64,000 nt of DNA from Seison nebaliae (lineage: Eukaryota): positions 1 to 64,000 of the forward strand of contig JALJEE010002041.1 of the NCBI GenBank assembly GCA_023231475.1, in the 5' to 3' direction. The notes below the pieces were generated by a model. The model saw nothing but the letters and a program-made list of their open reading frames with translations, had not been told where the DNA came from and did no database searches. How positions within the stretch are numbered: the first letter of the stretch is position 1; every line of letters starts with the position of its first letter. A program made the translations under genes and the position numbers. Shown in pieces: positions 42,215-56,205 of this stretch.

Positions 42215-45200
42215 TTAATTCATCCATTTAATGACCTCTCTCCCGTTAAAATAGTAAAGATTAATCGGCAATTCCGATCTCGTTCCGTTGGTGACATCTT
42301 CTCTCACTTCAATTCTACGATTAGATGTTGGTTCGTCCTAAATAAATTATCATCACATTCATCATTATCATCATCATCAAATTTAAGTAATTAGAACTTG
42401 AAGTTTTTGAATGAAATCCATGAGCTTCTCTTGTAATTTCTCATTCAAATCTTTCACTTCATTCATCGAATTGAGCAAATTTGATTTGGTTAATCGATGA
42501 CATAATCGTTCATTCAAATATTCATTTGATAAAGTAATTCCATATTGAATATCATAAGGAATCCATTCTCCTGAACTATCTAATGTCAGTGTTAGAGTTC
42601 CAAGAGATTTCGTCAAATTGAATGGTTCACCATCCTCCATCAATTTGTTAACGATTGGAAAATGATTAATAATCATTTTATCACCTGAAGATGATATTAA
42701 GAAAAAATAAATTGAAAAAGGAAATGGAACTTTCTTTGTCCAAAGGGAACGGAATTTGAATCGATAAGATTTCGGTAAAATTTGACGAATTTTCATTTTT
42801 CTGAAATGTCTGATCTTTTGGAGAGACGTTTGAATTTATTGTCAATTCCTTTAATTGGAGGAATGTATCGATTTGATTTCGTTCATAATTCGTCACGTTC
42901 GATGAAATGATATTCCATTTTGGATTAATTTTCATGGAAGATTCATATCTTTCCAATTCATAATTGGCAATAAATAAACAATCTTCTTTTTTCAACTGAT
43001 TAATTAAAGAATTATCTTCTTTCAATTGAAGAAGAATTGCTCGATGTGATTGTTGTCGATAACCGATAATCATTATCGTATTATGAGTAAGAAGATCATT
43101 CAAAAGAATTAAACAAACTTCCGTCGACATTATACAAGGTTCATGATTCCAAGAAATCGTCAAAATTTGATCATAACATAAGAACTCGTCAGGTAACGAA
43201 GTTAATCGTCTCGCTTTCGGTACAATCAATGAAGGAGGTCCACATTTACAATAATTGTAAAGGAACAATCGAAACCAGAAAGAAACGGAATTAGAATTGA
43301 TCGGTCCCAAAATCGTTGGAAATAACTCGACGATATTCATATGACATGCCAAAGGTGACATAGCAATGATAGTTGAATAATTTCTTTCAAGAAATTTCTT
43401 ACAAGAAAACATTTCTAATTCTTGAAGACTTTCAATTCTCAATAAATCTACTTTCATCATCGTTTCAGTCGTTTTTAGGAATTTGAGAGTTGTGTACAAC
43501 GTCTTGGCCACTTGAAGATATTCTTTCGCTTCTCCTTCAATCGATTCATTCTTCCAACCATTCTCCCATACTTTCTCCAATTCCATAATGAATTTCATAA
43601 GAGATTCATCTGGTAATTTCCCTATTTCGAACAGAGTAACAGCACTTTGCTTCAATTCTTGCGAGATGTTCCCCATCATTAGAAAAGCTGTTAATGTTGA
43701 ATCGAAAAGAAAAGCTAATCGTTTTTTCTGTTGTTGCTGATTATCATTCGATGAGATATCGTTCAATATTAAATTAGATATCTTCTTCTCCAATTGAGGA
43801 GATGGACTTGTTGTCATTAAATCATCAGCAGTTTCTTCATCATCCGTCAAAATGAATGGTTCATCATTCGATGTGTTGATAGAATGATCAATTGGTTCAT
43901 CTAACGATGATTCATACGATTCTTTCAAATAATGCCAAGATGGATGTAACATAATCGTGTTTCTAAATAATTCAGCAGTATTCTTCTTCCTCACTAAATT
44001 CAATCGACATAATATCGACATAGCAGCAATGATTCTCGATTTAGATACATCCAATATCTCCGATAACTAAAATCCAATATATCAACTCGATTAATATGGA
44101 AAGAAAAAGAAAACATCATCTAATTGCATATGTTCATCGAACGAAATAAAAATTTGATAAAGTAAATTTTCCATGAAATCACCGGCAACTCGATTCATAA
44201 CGAAACCTTCCAACGGTGGAACTGAAAAATTATTTGGAGTGAAAAAGATGAAAATGAAGAAAATGAATAACCGACAAATAGATCAGAATCATAAATTGGA
44301 ATGTGAAAAAAAATGAATCCCAATTGATATGTCGCTAGAAGAATTATATTTATGTAGAGAAAAAATTTTAATATAAAACTAACAAATGAGTAAGTTCTTG
44401 TCTAAAGATCCCAGGTAGATTTCGGTCGTCTCATTAGTTTCCTTATCTTTATTCTTCTGGTCAACGATATGATCGATAAGATTCTTTTGTTCACTAGTGC
44501 ACAAATTAATATCTTCATCGATGATATGACCACAATGAACCGTCCACCATGGTTCGAGATGAATGGAAGTTAAAGGGAATTCTGGTAAGAAAGAAGATGG
44601 ATGTTTCTTCCTCAAAATACTCTAAAAATGAAATTGATTGAAATGGATTTAATGTAAAAATCAAACTTTCGATGATCGATATCGATGCATGATATCCATA
44701 TATTCATTTCGACCAATTCCCAATAATCGGAGACCTAATAAAAGAAAAAGATAAATAAATATATGAACAAACAATAAAATTAACAGTCGATAGCTGTGAA
44801 ATTTGGGAGTATATCATAACTCTTCTCTCCTTCCAACATCATCGTCAACATGTTTTTATAATAAGCGAAACAAGTATATCTTAATCCACCAGCAATTAAT
44901 GGTAGTGCATGATATGGATACAACATGAAACTCTTTCGATTATTTTCAATCATATCCAAATAGAATGTCCGTTTATCTGCCATCACTTCTTTTAACTCTA
45001 CTCAAAATAGAAAAAAGACAATAAACGAATAGAATGAACGTGGCACATTGTCGTAAAACATTTGACGACTTAGGACCAATTTATATAATTCTTTCTTGAA
45101 TCTTTTCTCATTCTTCCCGAATAACTGATTAAAGAGAGAAATTGAAAGTGTTATATGCAGAGTTTATATAAACAAAAATTAGGAAAAAGAAAATAAACAT

Positions 45201-45270
45201 TCTTCTGTTCGATCGTTAACTGATTCCAAAAGAGTTTCTTTTTGAGTACAACATCCAACTCGTTTATCAT
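42215..45270 (-). CDS. FAM91A1: FAM91A1 (WDR11 complex subunit), about 10 exons
   Basis: [93 protein letters not shown]. Confidence 0.92.
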
Positions 45271-45493
45271 CTTTACTTCACTTTACAATCCTAAATACAT
45301 GGAAGAAGAGAGGAAAATCATGGAAACTTATCTAAAATGAAATAAAGAGCAATCAAAAATTGAATGGAACGGAAGTGAATGTTGGCAAATAAATAGTAAA
45401 ACGAATTAATTGGACGGAGATATTATTCGAATTTCACACGACTCACCAAATGAAGTTTGAGATGGAAAAAATATAATTAATTTAGTTTAGATT

Positions 45494-47214
45494 CTATGCT
45501 GTTAACAATGATAAAGCACCGTTAATTAATTGCACACTAATTCCACCAATTCGTCCTGTTCGTTCACCATCAACAACAATTTCACTTGTTCGTCCTCCAG
45601 GAATCGGTGTTGGAATTAAATCAAATTTTCGAACGAACGCAAAATCAAATTTTGATTCTTCCAATTCAGCCAAATCGAAACCATGTCGAATTGACATAAA
45701 TTTTTTAAAGAGATATTTCCGATTTAATTTCTCTTGTGTAGCCCACAGTAGTAGAATAAAAGGTTCATCAAAACTAAATAAGATTTATCGAATGGAAATG
45801 CACAAATCAAATACGAACGTCATATCTTTCAATAACATAAGATGTGGTGCAGCATGAGTGATGAGAGTGGCAAAAACGAAAACGAAGTCATCTCGTTTTA
45901 TTCGTTCAACTCGCTCCAAATCGTTATGTGGCATATAATGTAATTCGGCGGCATATCGTCGAAAACCTTTTCATGTTTGAAATTATCATTTGAAATCGAT
46001 TCGAATTAGAATTTAACTGATTAATCGTAACATTGCATAAATATCAAAACGTTTTCCACCCAAAAACCGCAATTTTTCACTCTCCAAATCAACATCAGAG
46101 AAATATCCCCATTCGATATTGACGACACTATATAAAATATTATTCAAATCATTATCGTCACCGCTCGCCCCATTCTCCATCAAATATTTAATTTGCATAA
46201 CATTTTTCGATATGGGCGTTCCTTTAACAATACTGAGTGCACCATATAAAGCTGTCTTAATGAGAGGAATATTGATGGTGAAAGAAACGAAAGAAACTTT
46301 TTCAATCGAATTATAAATATTATCTCTTGATCGATAGAGAATGGAAGTGGCTAAAGCGTTTCCTGATCCTCCTGTAATATGAAGAATTGATAAATTCTTA
46401 ATAGAATTCATTTGATCTTCATAATTATCAATCGATTGAGTGATCGCTTCTTTTATTGGTTGGACATTGATGAGATCATGAATTAAACCATCACCAGAAA
46501 TTATGATAATCAAATAATATTCTTCTAAGAAATCAGAGAGTGAGATTCCTTCAAAAAATTTATAAATCGTTTGAGCGTTCTTCGTGAAAAGTTCTTTATA
46601 TTTCAATTTACATTTATCCATTATTGGACGAACTGAATTCTCCCAAATCTTTCCAGCTAATTTCTTTCCAGAAAACGGATTTATCGCAACGAAACATTTC
46701 TTTCCACTTGAACAATTTTCTGAAATTTAATTTTATTTTTACATTAATAGAAATGAAAATGGAACCATTGATGAATGGAGAACGGATCATTGTCTGAATT
46801 GAATCGATAAATGCTCCAACGATTTCTTTCGATGGAAAATAAAGAGTCACATCGAATTTTTCTCTATCGACAAATTCTAATTCTTTCGATAAACTATCGA
46901 ATTGTTTCTTCGTATGTTTAATCTTAATAAAACTAAATTGTCCATCATGATTGAAAGTGAATAATGGAAAGTGAATGATCAAACCAATTTAATTGAACTA
47001 AATGTGATGAAGGAGATTCTATCGCAAATATATTCGTCCAACGAATGAGAAAATCAAAATTCTTATTCTCCTCATTCATCAAACGAAGAGGAGATTTCAT
47101 TCCAATCAATAATTTCAACTCATCTTTATTCTCCAATGTCAATACCAGACCCAAATCTTCCGAATGAACAATGGCAACTGCACCATTCTTATGAAATAAA
47201 TTTACCTTACTCAT
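45494..47214 (-). CDS. SPHK: Sphingosine kinase (DAGKc family), 5 exons
   Basis: INPFSGKK, ISGDGLIHDLIN, GGSGNALA, VDLESEKLRFLGGKRFD, IVVDGE. Confidence 0.85.
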
Positions 47215-48323
47215 TCGAATAAGTTGATCGAATAACAAACTTTAATTTGTAGCAAGTGCTAATTATTTAAATGTCATTCTAACTCCCAAAACTATTCTAT
47301 ATTGATAAATAAAGAAAACGAACAACAACTAGAAATGTTTGTTTAGTGTCCTACATCTCAAACACCTTGAAATTTGAGTTAGTTTAATTTAAATTAACTC
47401 TCGAACTTTCTCATCATGAACTTGTGTTAAGTTAAGAATTAGTAAAGTTGATAATTTTAAGATATTTTCACTAGTTGAAAGACACTAAAAACTGTTGAAA
47501 AATTGCGAATGTATATAAGTTGTTCTCAATTGTATAATATATTGTTCTTAATAAAGTTTGATTAGCAAAGAAAAAAAAACGAAAATCTGCCTTATCATTT
47601 CCATAGCAACGTTTACTGTCAATATTCGAAGAATTTTGTTCGTGAGGCACTATTGGAGAAAAAAATAATTTAATCGATCGAATTTGATATTATCAAAAGG
47701 TTCATTCTTTCCTTATTGATTCGAAGTTTAATTGGTTTCAATTTTTTTAATAAACTATACAATTAACGTGACTTGAATGGTATTACTTTGAATAATATTA
47801 GATTAGCTAATAATCAATTGAAGTACAATGAAAGGAGTCGTTGTATCAAATTCGTTTTCATTCTCCACCCCACATAACTAGTGAATTATTTGACAAATCT
47901 TTTATTCATTCAATGTTAATAAAATAAATTAATGGTTGACATAATTCCATTAGAAAGAATTATTATTAGACATCATGAAATGTGTTCCGTTCGATATGAT
48001 TATGCTATATTTTCCGTGTAAATATCATTGTTTTATTATGTTGCAACGAAATTATTAGGCGAATTTTAATGTTTGGTGAAGTTTAGATGATTATAAGAAG
48101 CTCCAATTTCTTCATGGAGTCATTACATTATTATTTAATTTGAAATTGCATGATACATATTTGGTCTCACTTAATGTCATCATATTTCATAGAGATAATG
48201 AAATTTATCAACTCAATCAACTGCTTTATAAACAACATATCTAGAGTACTAACGAAGAAAAATTTATTATTATTTACTTTCTCACTTTTCCTAGATTAAA
48301 TTTGTCGTCAGATACTTTCGAAG

Positions 48324-48998
48324 ATGCCTCAATATTCTCTACATTATTTCAATGCACGTGGACCGGCTGAATTCATTCGATATATGTTCGCTTATGCCAA
48401 AGTTCCATATGAAGATAAACGATATGAACCACAAGAATGGCCGAAAGTCAAGCCAACAATGCCATTTGGTACAGTTCCCGTATTGTTTATTGACAGTAAA
48501 CGAACATTAGGACAAAGCAGAGCTATAGGAAGATTTCTAGCACACGAATTCGGTTTATTACCGAAAAACGCTTTCGAATCCGCAAAATGCGACGAGTTCG
48601 TCGATCAAATGTCTGACGCTCATTCAGATGTTGCACAACTGTATCACAATCGGGAGGATAAGGAGAAGGCGAAGAAAATATTTGAAGAATTAGTTACAAC
48701 AAAGTTGGACGCAAAATTGATGAAATTGGAAAAGATGATTGAAGAGAATGGAGGTGAATATTGTGTGGGCAAGCAAGTTCTTCTTTTTCATTATTCATTT
48801 TTCTTCAATCATTTCTTCTTTTCACAATAGTTGACTTGGGCCGATTTTCATTTGTCGACAATGTTGGCATTATGGCATGTATTTGAATTAGGAGACTATT
48901 TGAAGAAATATGTCAATATGGCTAAAATCCAGAAGAAAGTGGAGAACTTACCTGAGGTGAAAAAGTGGATTGCCAAGCGACCAGTAACTATTCATTAA
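48324..48998 (+). CDS. Sigma-class glutathione S-transferase, 2 exons
   Basis: YSLHYFNARGPAEFIRYMF, MPFGTVPVL. Intron at 48777-48830, then LTWADF...WIAKRPVTIH*. Confidence 0.92.
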
Positions 48999-49431
48999 AC
49001 AAATTGAAATTGACAAAAAGATATCTTTATATTCGAACACTTATTTATTTGGTCTTTTTTTAGTTTATTAGTTCATTTAGCATCCATTTAGTTCTCATAC
49101 GTATTCATATTCATAAGGAGAATAATAATATATTTATTATTTCATAATGATAGTTCAAAATAAAATTTCAAAAAAATACAATAAACTTTTATATAAATTG
49201 AATATCCATAAATACTAATTTATTTGAGAACATAATTCATGTTTTATTTATTCTAATTGTTCGATATTACAACATGAGTTTGTATATTAACCGTCCCAAT
49301 ATCAAATACAAAGAATGATAGCTGAAGTTCCAGAATTAACTTTTATAGAATACAAAAAAAATCAATGAGTTGAGAAAGATGAAAGAGATACATGCACATT
49401 CAGATGATTATGATAATAATATCCACAATTT

Positions 49432-50279
49432 TCATGTAGCAAATAGGATGAAACCAGACATGTTGGTAAATCGGTTGCCATGTAGCGATTTAGCCACCTT
49501 TAATACTTTCATCCAAACTTGATCATTCTTCTTTAGTTTCAGAATAGCACTTGTTGCTGATATGGCAATTTTTGGGAGACTTTCCGACCAAACAGTCAGA
49601 ATCATCACATTATTCAACATCAGCATTGCCGATCCTTGCTATGAATATGAATTAAAATAAGAAGAACATACAAATAAATAAACATTTCGATATTCCCGTC
49701 CATCTTTCTTGTAAATACCGAAAGAAGCAATGGACATATCAAATTTGTACACTCCATCCACTGGCGCTACATATCTTCCAGTTTTCTCATTATAATCATT
49801 TCCCATATTGGTAATGATTGTATCGAATATCAAATCTTCAGCCGTATTTCTCGCTCCGTCGAAATGATTCTCCAAACAAACGAAAAAAGCCGAATTAATT
49901 TGGTTAATCGTGTTCCGACCAGGAACTCCGGGTATTCCAGGATCTCCTTTCTTTCCTGCAGTACCAGGTAGTCCGGATGGTCCTTTCGGACCGGGAGGTC
50001 CTCGTATTCGAGAAGACACTGTAGAATTCATGGTACCACCTGCTAAATGAGATTTGTGAGAAATAAAAGAAAGGAATTTGAGATATTTGAGGAACCTTTA
50101 CAATGTAATTGTAGATGGCATTGATCTTTGGATTGGGAAATGGCTAAAATGAATATTGATAATTCAAATTTGAGAAAATATTAACATCGTTTAGGAATGT
50201 GATTATTCCAATGTTGTGGAACATCATATGTGGATATGATGTAAAAGAGTGAGGAGAATTGAATGAAAAGGATAATCAT
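49432..50279 (-). CDS. Secreted C1q-domain protein with short collagen stalk, 4 exons
   Basis: Signal-like N-terminus, C-x5-C motif, about 9 Gly-X-Y triplets, AFFV, LIFDTIITNMGNDY...GRYVAPVDGVYKF, DQVW, NMSGFILF. Confidence 0.88.
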
Positions 50280-50753
50280 TTCATTCGAGAAACGACTGTC
50301 TCAATTTAGTGGAAGATGTTTGTTATTAAGAATTCCCAATTACGTCTGCACCAACTGACAAAGATATAGAAGTAGTATGAATAATAGACAATCGAATGGA
50401 TCTTTAATAAATTTAAGAAGAGAATTGAAAGGAAGAAATTTTATTCATCAACAATATCTAAGAGAAGATAATGGGAAAATGAGAAGTAGAAAGGATGTGA
50501 AGGTGAGAAAGAGAAACATTAAATATGTATCCTTATCCGGTGATCAGTTGGCATAAAGAGAATGATGACTGATATTGATATGACGAAGAAAGAAATAGCA
50601 AGAAACTGTGTCTACTACGCAAAGAGATCGACACTGTGAACAATATCTATATTTGTGATATTGAATATTATATTGATTGGTTTCCATTCTTTCTAGGAAA
50701 TTGCGTGAATCGACATAGTGGAACAATATGCGTGTCTTATCATTCACTGATGA

Positions 50754-51694
50754 TCAAAGGACAAATAAGATATATCCAGCCATATTCGTGTACATATATC
50801 CATGAATTGCTTGAGCTTCCTTGGGTATTTCCAAATAAACTTCATCAGTCGCATTCAACTGAACAATCGCACTTGATGCCGATGTGCTCCATGAGGGAAT
50901 ACTGCTCGACCAAACTGTTATGATAATATTCTTATTTACATATAAATGAACTGCAGCCTAATTAATAGAAATAAACAAAGTCAAATGATTCCATTCACTC
51001 AATTTTCGCATAAGAAATTCAACGAAAATAAAATCTAAAAAATTAACTAACACTCGATTGAGATATTGCGCTGACAGTAATATCGAATTTATAAACTCCT
51101 TTCACTGGAGCAACATAAATTCCTGTATTTCCATTATAATCGCCGCCAACATTCGTTTCGATCCGATCGAATATTAATTTCATCGAATTTGTCGTAAATT
51201 GTCTACTGTGATTGAATAGTCCGACAAAGAAGGCCGAAGGTCGAGGAGCTATACTGCTTCTTCCTGGCACTCCAGGAATCCCAGGTTCGCCTTTCTTCCC
51301 CGCCACACCAGGTAAACCCATCGGACCTTTAGGGCCAGGTGCACCTTTGATTGGCAAAGCGAATACAGGATCTTATTTAATAATAGAACATTAGACGTGA
51401 CCAGAATAAAAGAAACTGTTTGTTTGTGCTCCTTGACAACTAATTTTCAGACTACATTCCTCTTTCTCTTTATTCTCTTTGAAAAATGTTGAACGGTGAT
51501 TAATTGATCGCGACTGTTGTAACGAACGTCTTTGATTTCGTCCGAAAACTGTTCGAGATAAATTTCATTTTTTTGAATGATGATAAATGAGAGAACTAAC
51601 GATGTTTATATCGTCGTCTATGTAATGACGTTGTAATGGATGATTGGAAAGTGAAAATGAAGAGGATGATAAATAAAAATCTTTCACAATTCAT
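50754..51694 (-). CDS. Secreted C1q-domain protein with short collagen stalk (tandem paralog), 4 exons
   Basis: Signal peptide, C-x5-C, Gly-X-Y repeat, AFFVG, LIFDRIETNVGGDY..TGIYVAPVKGVYKF, DEVYL, NMAGYILF. Confidence 0.88.
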
Positions 51695-53493
51695 CCCAAA
51701 CTTACCGCACGAAAAAGTTGGAATGCAAAAAAGTTGTTTCTATCGATTCACTTAAGAAGAAGAAAAAAAACTGACAAATAATAATTAATTTATGACGGAA
51801 AGATTTATCAAAATCCCAAAGGAACTAGTATCATCTATACATACGGAAATTTGAATATAAACTAATTCTTCTAATATTTCTTTAAATAATCTACGGGAAA
51901 TTATATGATATAAACTCTCAACGAGAGATACATAAAAAAAATATAAATAAAGTGCACAAATTCTTCCAAAACAGATTGATAGAGAAGATAACCCGATATG
52001 CATATTAGAAAATTGTTAGTTGCATATCAGCTAAATGAAATTTTCTTCGTTTTCTAATCGAACAATAAACGAAAAGTGATGAAGACGATGAATGGTAGCA
52101 TTAATAAGAATAATAACGACAACACCAATATTAATATTGTCATTTAAGTCGACATCAGATTCTTCTTTAACAGAATTAATAAAAAGATCCAAAAACGATA
52201 GATAGAATGATATGTTGCAGAGATCTACAATCTAAAAGGAGATAGAAAATACAATTTCTTCTTGACAATTTATTTACATTGTTTCGGTTTTCCTGTAAGT
52301 TCATTAATGGAAAAGTATGCATGTTCATTTGTTGACTGGTTGTATCATAAGGTTTCGACAGTCAAATCATTCACATATTACTACAAATTCTATTACACAA
52401 TAAGATATATCTCTAAATACTTCCAATTTTCTTAATAGTCTTCTGATATCGATCGAATTGAAATAGATATTATCATATCAAACTACAACTAATCCTCTAA
52501 ATCACTGCAAATGACATCAATTCCTTTCTTACATATTTCTCCATGTCTCTTCCTCACCATGTGCATCGCTACTCAATAACTTTTATCTTAACCCACTGAA
52601 TAATAACTTTATTTAGATGGTAATGATATTCAGAAGAATTATCGAAATTATGAATTCGCTCCAAACATACGACGATGATTAGGAAATAACTAATTTGCGA
52701 CTATTAAATGAAATTTACATCTCGCTAGTCTTCTGATTATGTTCATAAAAATAAATATTCAAGCACAAAACTCTCATAATTACAAACAATAATTTCATAA
52801 ACAGATTAACATGAATAAAGAACCACCAGAATATATAAACCAGAGAATAAAAAGGTTCTAATGTCAACCAATAGAATGTAAAGTATAATATGTATGAACA
52901 TTATGTTCATTATCATCAAATCCAGGCTGGGATGATGAAATCAATTCCATGCAAATAAAATATTAAAGATATTATTGAGAATAATTAGAACATTTCAAAT
53001 TGAGAATTATATTAATTTAAGAGAAATATTATTTACAAATGAGCATTATGTTAATTAGGAATAAAATGAGGTGAAAATAAAAAAAAACTATAGAATGGAG
53101 ATAATCAACTAGAAATAGTAAGAACAAATAATTATCCCAATAAGAACATAACATATCACAAATTCAATTATGTCCACACTCTCTGACATATGCAACTTCG
53201 CCTACTGACGAGGAAGACCAATAATCACTTGGGAATTGATTTGTAGTAATTCAATTAAATGGAATCAGCTGAAGTTGGACGACATGTATTGGATTGTGAA
53301 ATTTAGTTACCTATTTTAAATCTTTCTTTCTTTCTTTCTTTCACTCACTCATTCACTCTCCATATATGGAGTTTGAGTCTCATGCATAAATTGTCGATTT
53401 AAAAAGGAGAATAAGTTGTGTAATTTATATGATCTGTTTTATTGATAATAAATGAATTAGAAAGAGAATAGCTGAAGAAACGATGTCGATCTT

Positions 53494-54557
53494 TTACATT
53501 GCATCTAACAATTGTTGCATTTCTCCTTTCTTCTTTTGGATTTTCGCGCGACGTTCTTCCAAAGAAATCTTTTTCTCGTTAAACCTATTTCCGAAAAGTT
53601 CCATTAGAAGGAAGGAAATTAATAAAAAAAAGATGAATAACCGTTTTCCCTTCTGTTTCTTCTTCTGCTTCTCACCAATCGACTTGTTTGGATCAGCACG
53701 AATAGCTGCGTGAACTGATTCATACATCTCTTCTACTTTATCAGGAGTAATTCCTGCTTTCAAATAACGAGAGAAATGTTTCTTGAATTTCTCTTCATCC
53801 TCATCCTTCAATACTTCCATATACTCAGCGACATGTTTTCCAAATATCTTGTCTCGATGATCTTCTGGATTGAAATCATCGTCAGTTGCTCCTGGAAATC
53901 GTTTGCAGCTGTGTGGGATGAGAAGACCGCCATCAGTTGCCCCTTTCATTACTCCGAAAATTCGAGCACCAGTCACAGTTCGGGCTAATCCAACATCTAA
54001 AATGCATTTGAATGGATGAGCCTTATCAGCGACAGCTGGTTGCATCACGACATCTCCCGTCACATCTTCTTGTCCCAAATACAAATCATTCAATTTGAAT
54101 TTTGTCAATAATCTTCTCGCTAATAACAATCCAGTACAATAAGCAGCTGAATAGTTCGTCAGTCCAACATTCAAACCAAATTCTTTCAATTCATGACTAT
54201 AAGCCGAACTGACAATTTTGTCTCCTTTGATGGTGGAATAAACGATTTGAGCGATGATATCTTTGTTGGAGAACCGTGCAACAAGTCGATATTTCTTCGT
54301 TCCATATTTGTTCTTTTGTTGAACAATTAAACGTTTCCGTGCGAAGTAATCAGTCTTTCCCTCTAGAGGAGACAAAGTAAAATTTAAGAGAAACCTGAAA
54401 AAAAGAGAAAAACCTCGTCGCCTTCGGAATTTGACTTGGAACCTCTTAAAATAAGCCTTATTCTTTACCACTTTGACCAATGCCTATTCGTTAATTAATG
54501 AGAAAAAGAGATTTGTTGTATCTTCCATTAAAATTTTGATAAGAAATTACTAACCAT
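53494..54557 (-). CDS. RPL5: 60S ribosomal protein L5 (uL18), 4 exons
   Basis: [74 protein letters not shown]. First intron falls directly after the ATG. Confidence 0.97.
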
Positions 54558-54845
54558 TTTTACAAGTCAACCAAAAGTATGATAATGTTGTTGTTTTCTA
54601 ATTTAAAATGGGAAAATGCTTTCAATTGTAATTGTAGAAAGCAAAAGAAAAATGGATGTTAAAAATTCCATTTAAAAATTCAAATTTAATAAATTGGAAG
54701 CTTCCAAATATTTTTTTTCAATTAAAATCATTCGTTTATTATCAAAAAATCTCAATTCTATCACTTATTCTCATTTCATTTTATGAATATTTTTTTACAA
54801 TTTAATATTGTTAGATAAATTTCTAAATTATTCTCAATACTGAAA

Positions 54846-55392
54846 ATGACAGATAATGTGAAAGATATCCATCTACCCAATAGTCATATAAATAAACTTC
54901 TCAAACAATCTGTTAGTTATTCTTTCGGAAACATCTCTCACACTCTTTAAATGAGGTTCCGGAGGGAATTAATATTTCGAAAGATGCCAGAACGGCCATC
55001 AATCGGTCAGCGGCCGTTTTTGTGATGCAATGTGCTTCATTGTTAATTCATCTTTAATTTTTATCTTTAACTTTAATTGAGATGATGGAATTAGCGCTAA
55101 TATGAATGCAAATAATAAAAACCGAAGCACAGTTCAACCAGACGATATTAAAGAAGCTGCGAAAGAGTTGGGTTATGGACAATATATTGATGAATTGGGT
55201 AAATTGGAGAAGAGTTAAAATTTAAATGACTAAATTTATTAATTATTCTTGTTTAGAATTGGATAATGAAAGTAAGAAAAAGAATGGTTATAAGAAATTT
55301 TAATTAAATTTAATAATTTACTTTATACAGAAACTGAAAGTCATGGAACTCTTACCGATGACGAAGAAATTGAGAATGATATTGTCACTTGA
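54846..55392 (+). CDS. POLE3: Histone-fold protein POLE3/CHRAC17 (not in the ORF track), 5 exons
   Basis: Spliced product MTDNVKDIHLPNSHINKLLKQSVPEGINISKDARTAINRSAAVFV...NRSTVQPDDIKEA with an acidic tail. Confidence 0.85.
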
Positions 55393-55443
55393 GAGATTAA
55401 TTATTATTGTTGTTAATAAATTTTTAATAAACATTTACTTTCA

Positions 55444-56077
55444 TCACGTCCATTTGATGCATCTATTAAATTGAAAATAAATTGAATGGAGAAGAAATAA
55501 TTCACCTAGTTTCTTTGTGCACTCCATAACAATCGACAGAGCAATAATGTGATCCACATCTTGTGCACACATAAAGAGAATGGAATCCACATACAGCACA
55601 GAACTTCTCATCGACAACTTTCGGTGCTTTCGATTTAATAGTGAAATAATTTATTTTATTTTTATTCACATCATTCTTCTGTTCTCCCAATTTAATTAGA
55701 ATTTGATTGAGAGATTGTTAAATTAAACTTCTTCTTCAATTAGTCCGTCAAACGTTTTCCGATATTTCAATCGATTAGTAATACTCGATTTCCTTTTTTT
55801 CTTCTGGAGAAAATGATCATGCAGAAATTTCTAAATAATTTCCAACTTTCTCTTCATCATTCTCTATTTCCATCGATTCGATGAATTTGGTGGATAACCG
55901 TTTATTATTTTCACTCATATCCTCTTCATCTTCTATGAAATGATTCTCTTGTTCTAGGAACTCTCGTCTAAATTTAAAAAATGATTGTAATTCTCTAATA
56001 TTTTGTGAGATAACTAACCGGTCCTTTCCTAATCGGACACGATAAACTCTTGGAGATTCTTCGACAGTTTTATACAT
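55444..56077 (-). CDS. ZNHIT1: Zinc finger HIT domain protein 1 (Vps71/Swc6), 4 exons
   Basis: RKTFDGLIEE, YFTIKSKAP, FCAVCGFHSLYVCTRCGSHYCSVDCYGVHKETR|CIKWT*. Confidence 0.85.
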
Positions 56078-56205
56078 TTTTTTTCAATTCAATTTTTTAT
56101 TCTACTTTCATAAGAGAAATTAAGAAAAAAATTTAATATGTTATTTCGAAGATGAAGAAATGAAATATAATGCGCTAAATGAAGAAAAAAATAATGAATT
56201 AATTT

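Noticed and set aside
45411..45420. TGGACGGAGA matching the 5' end of miR-184
   Set aside because: Only 10 nt match and I see no precursor hairpin.
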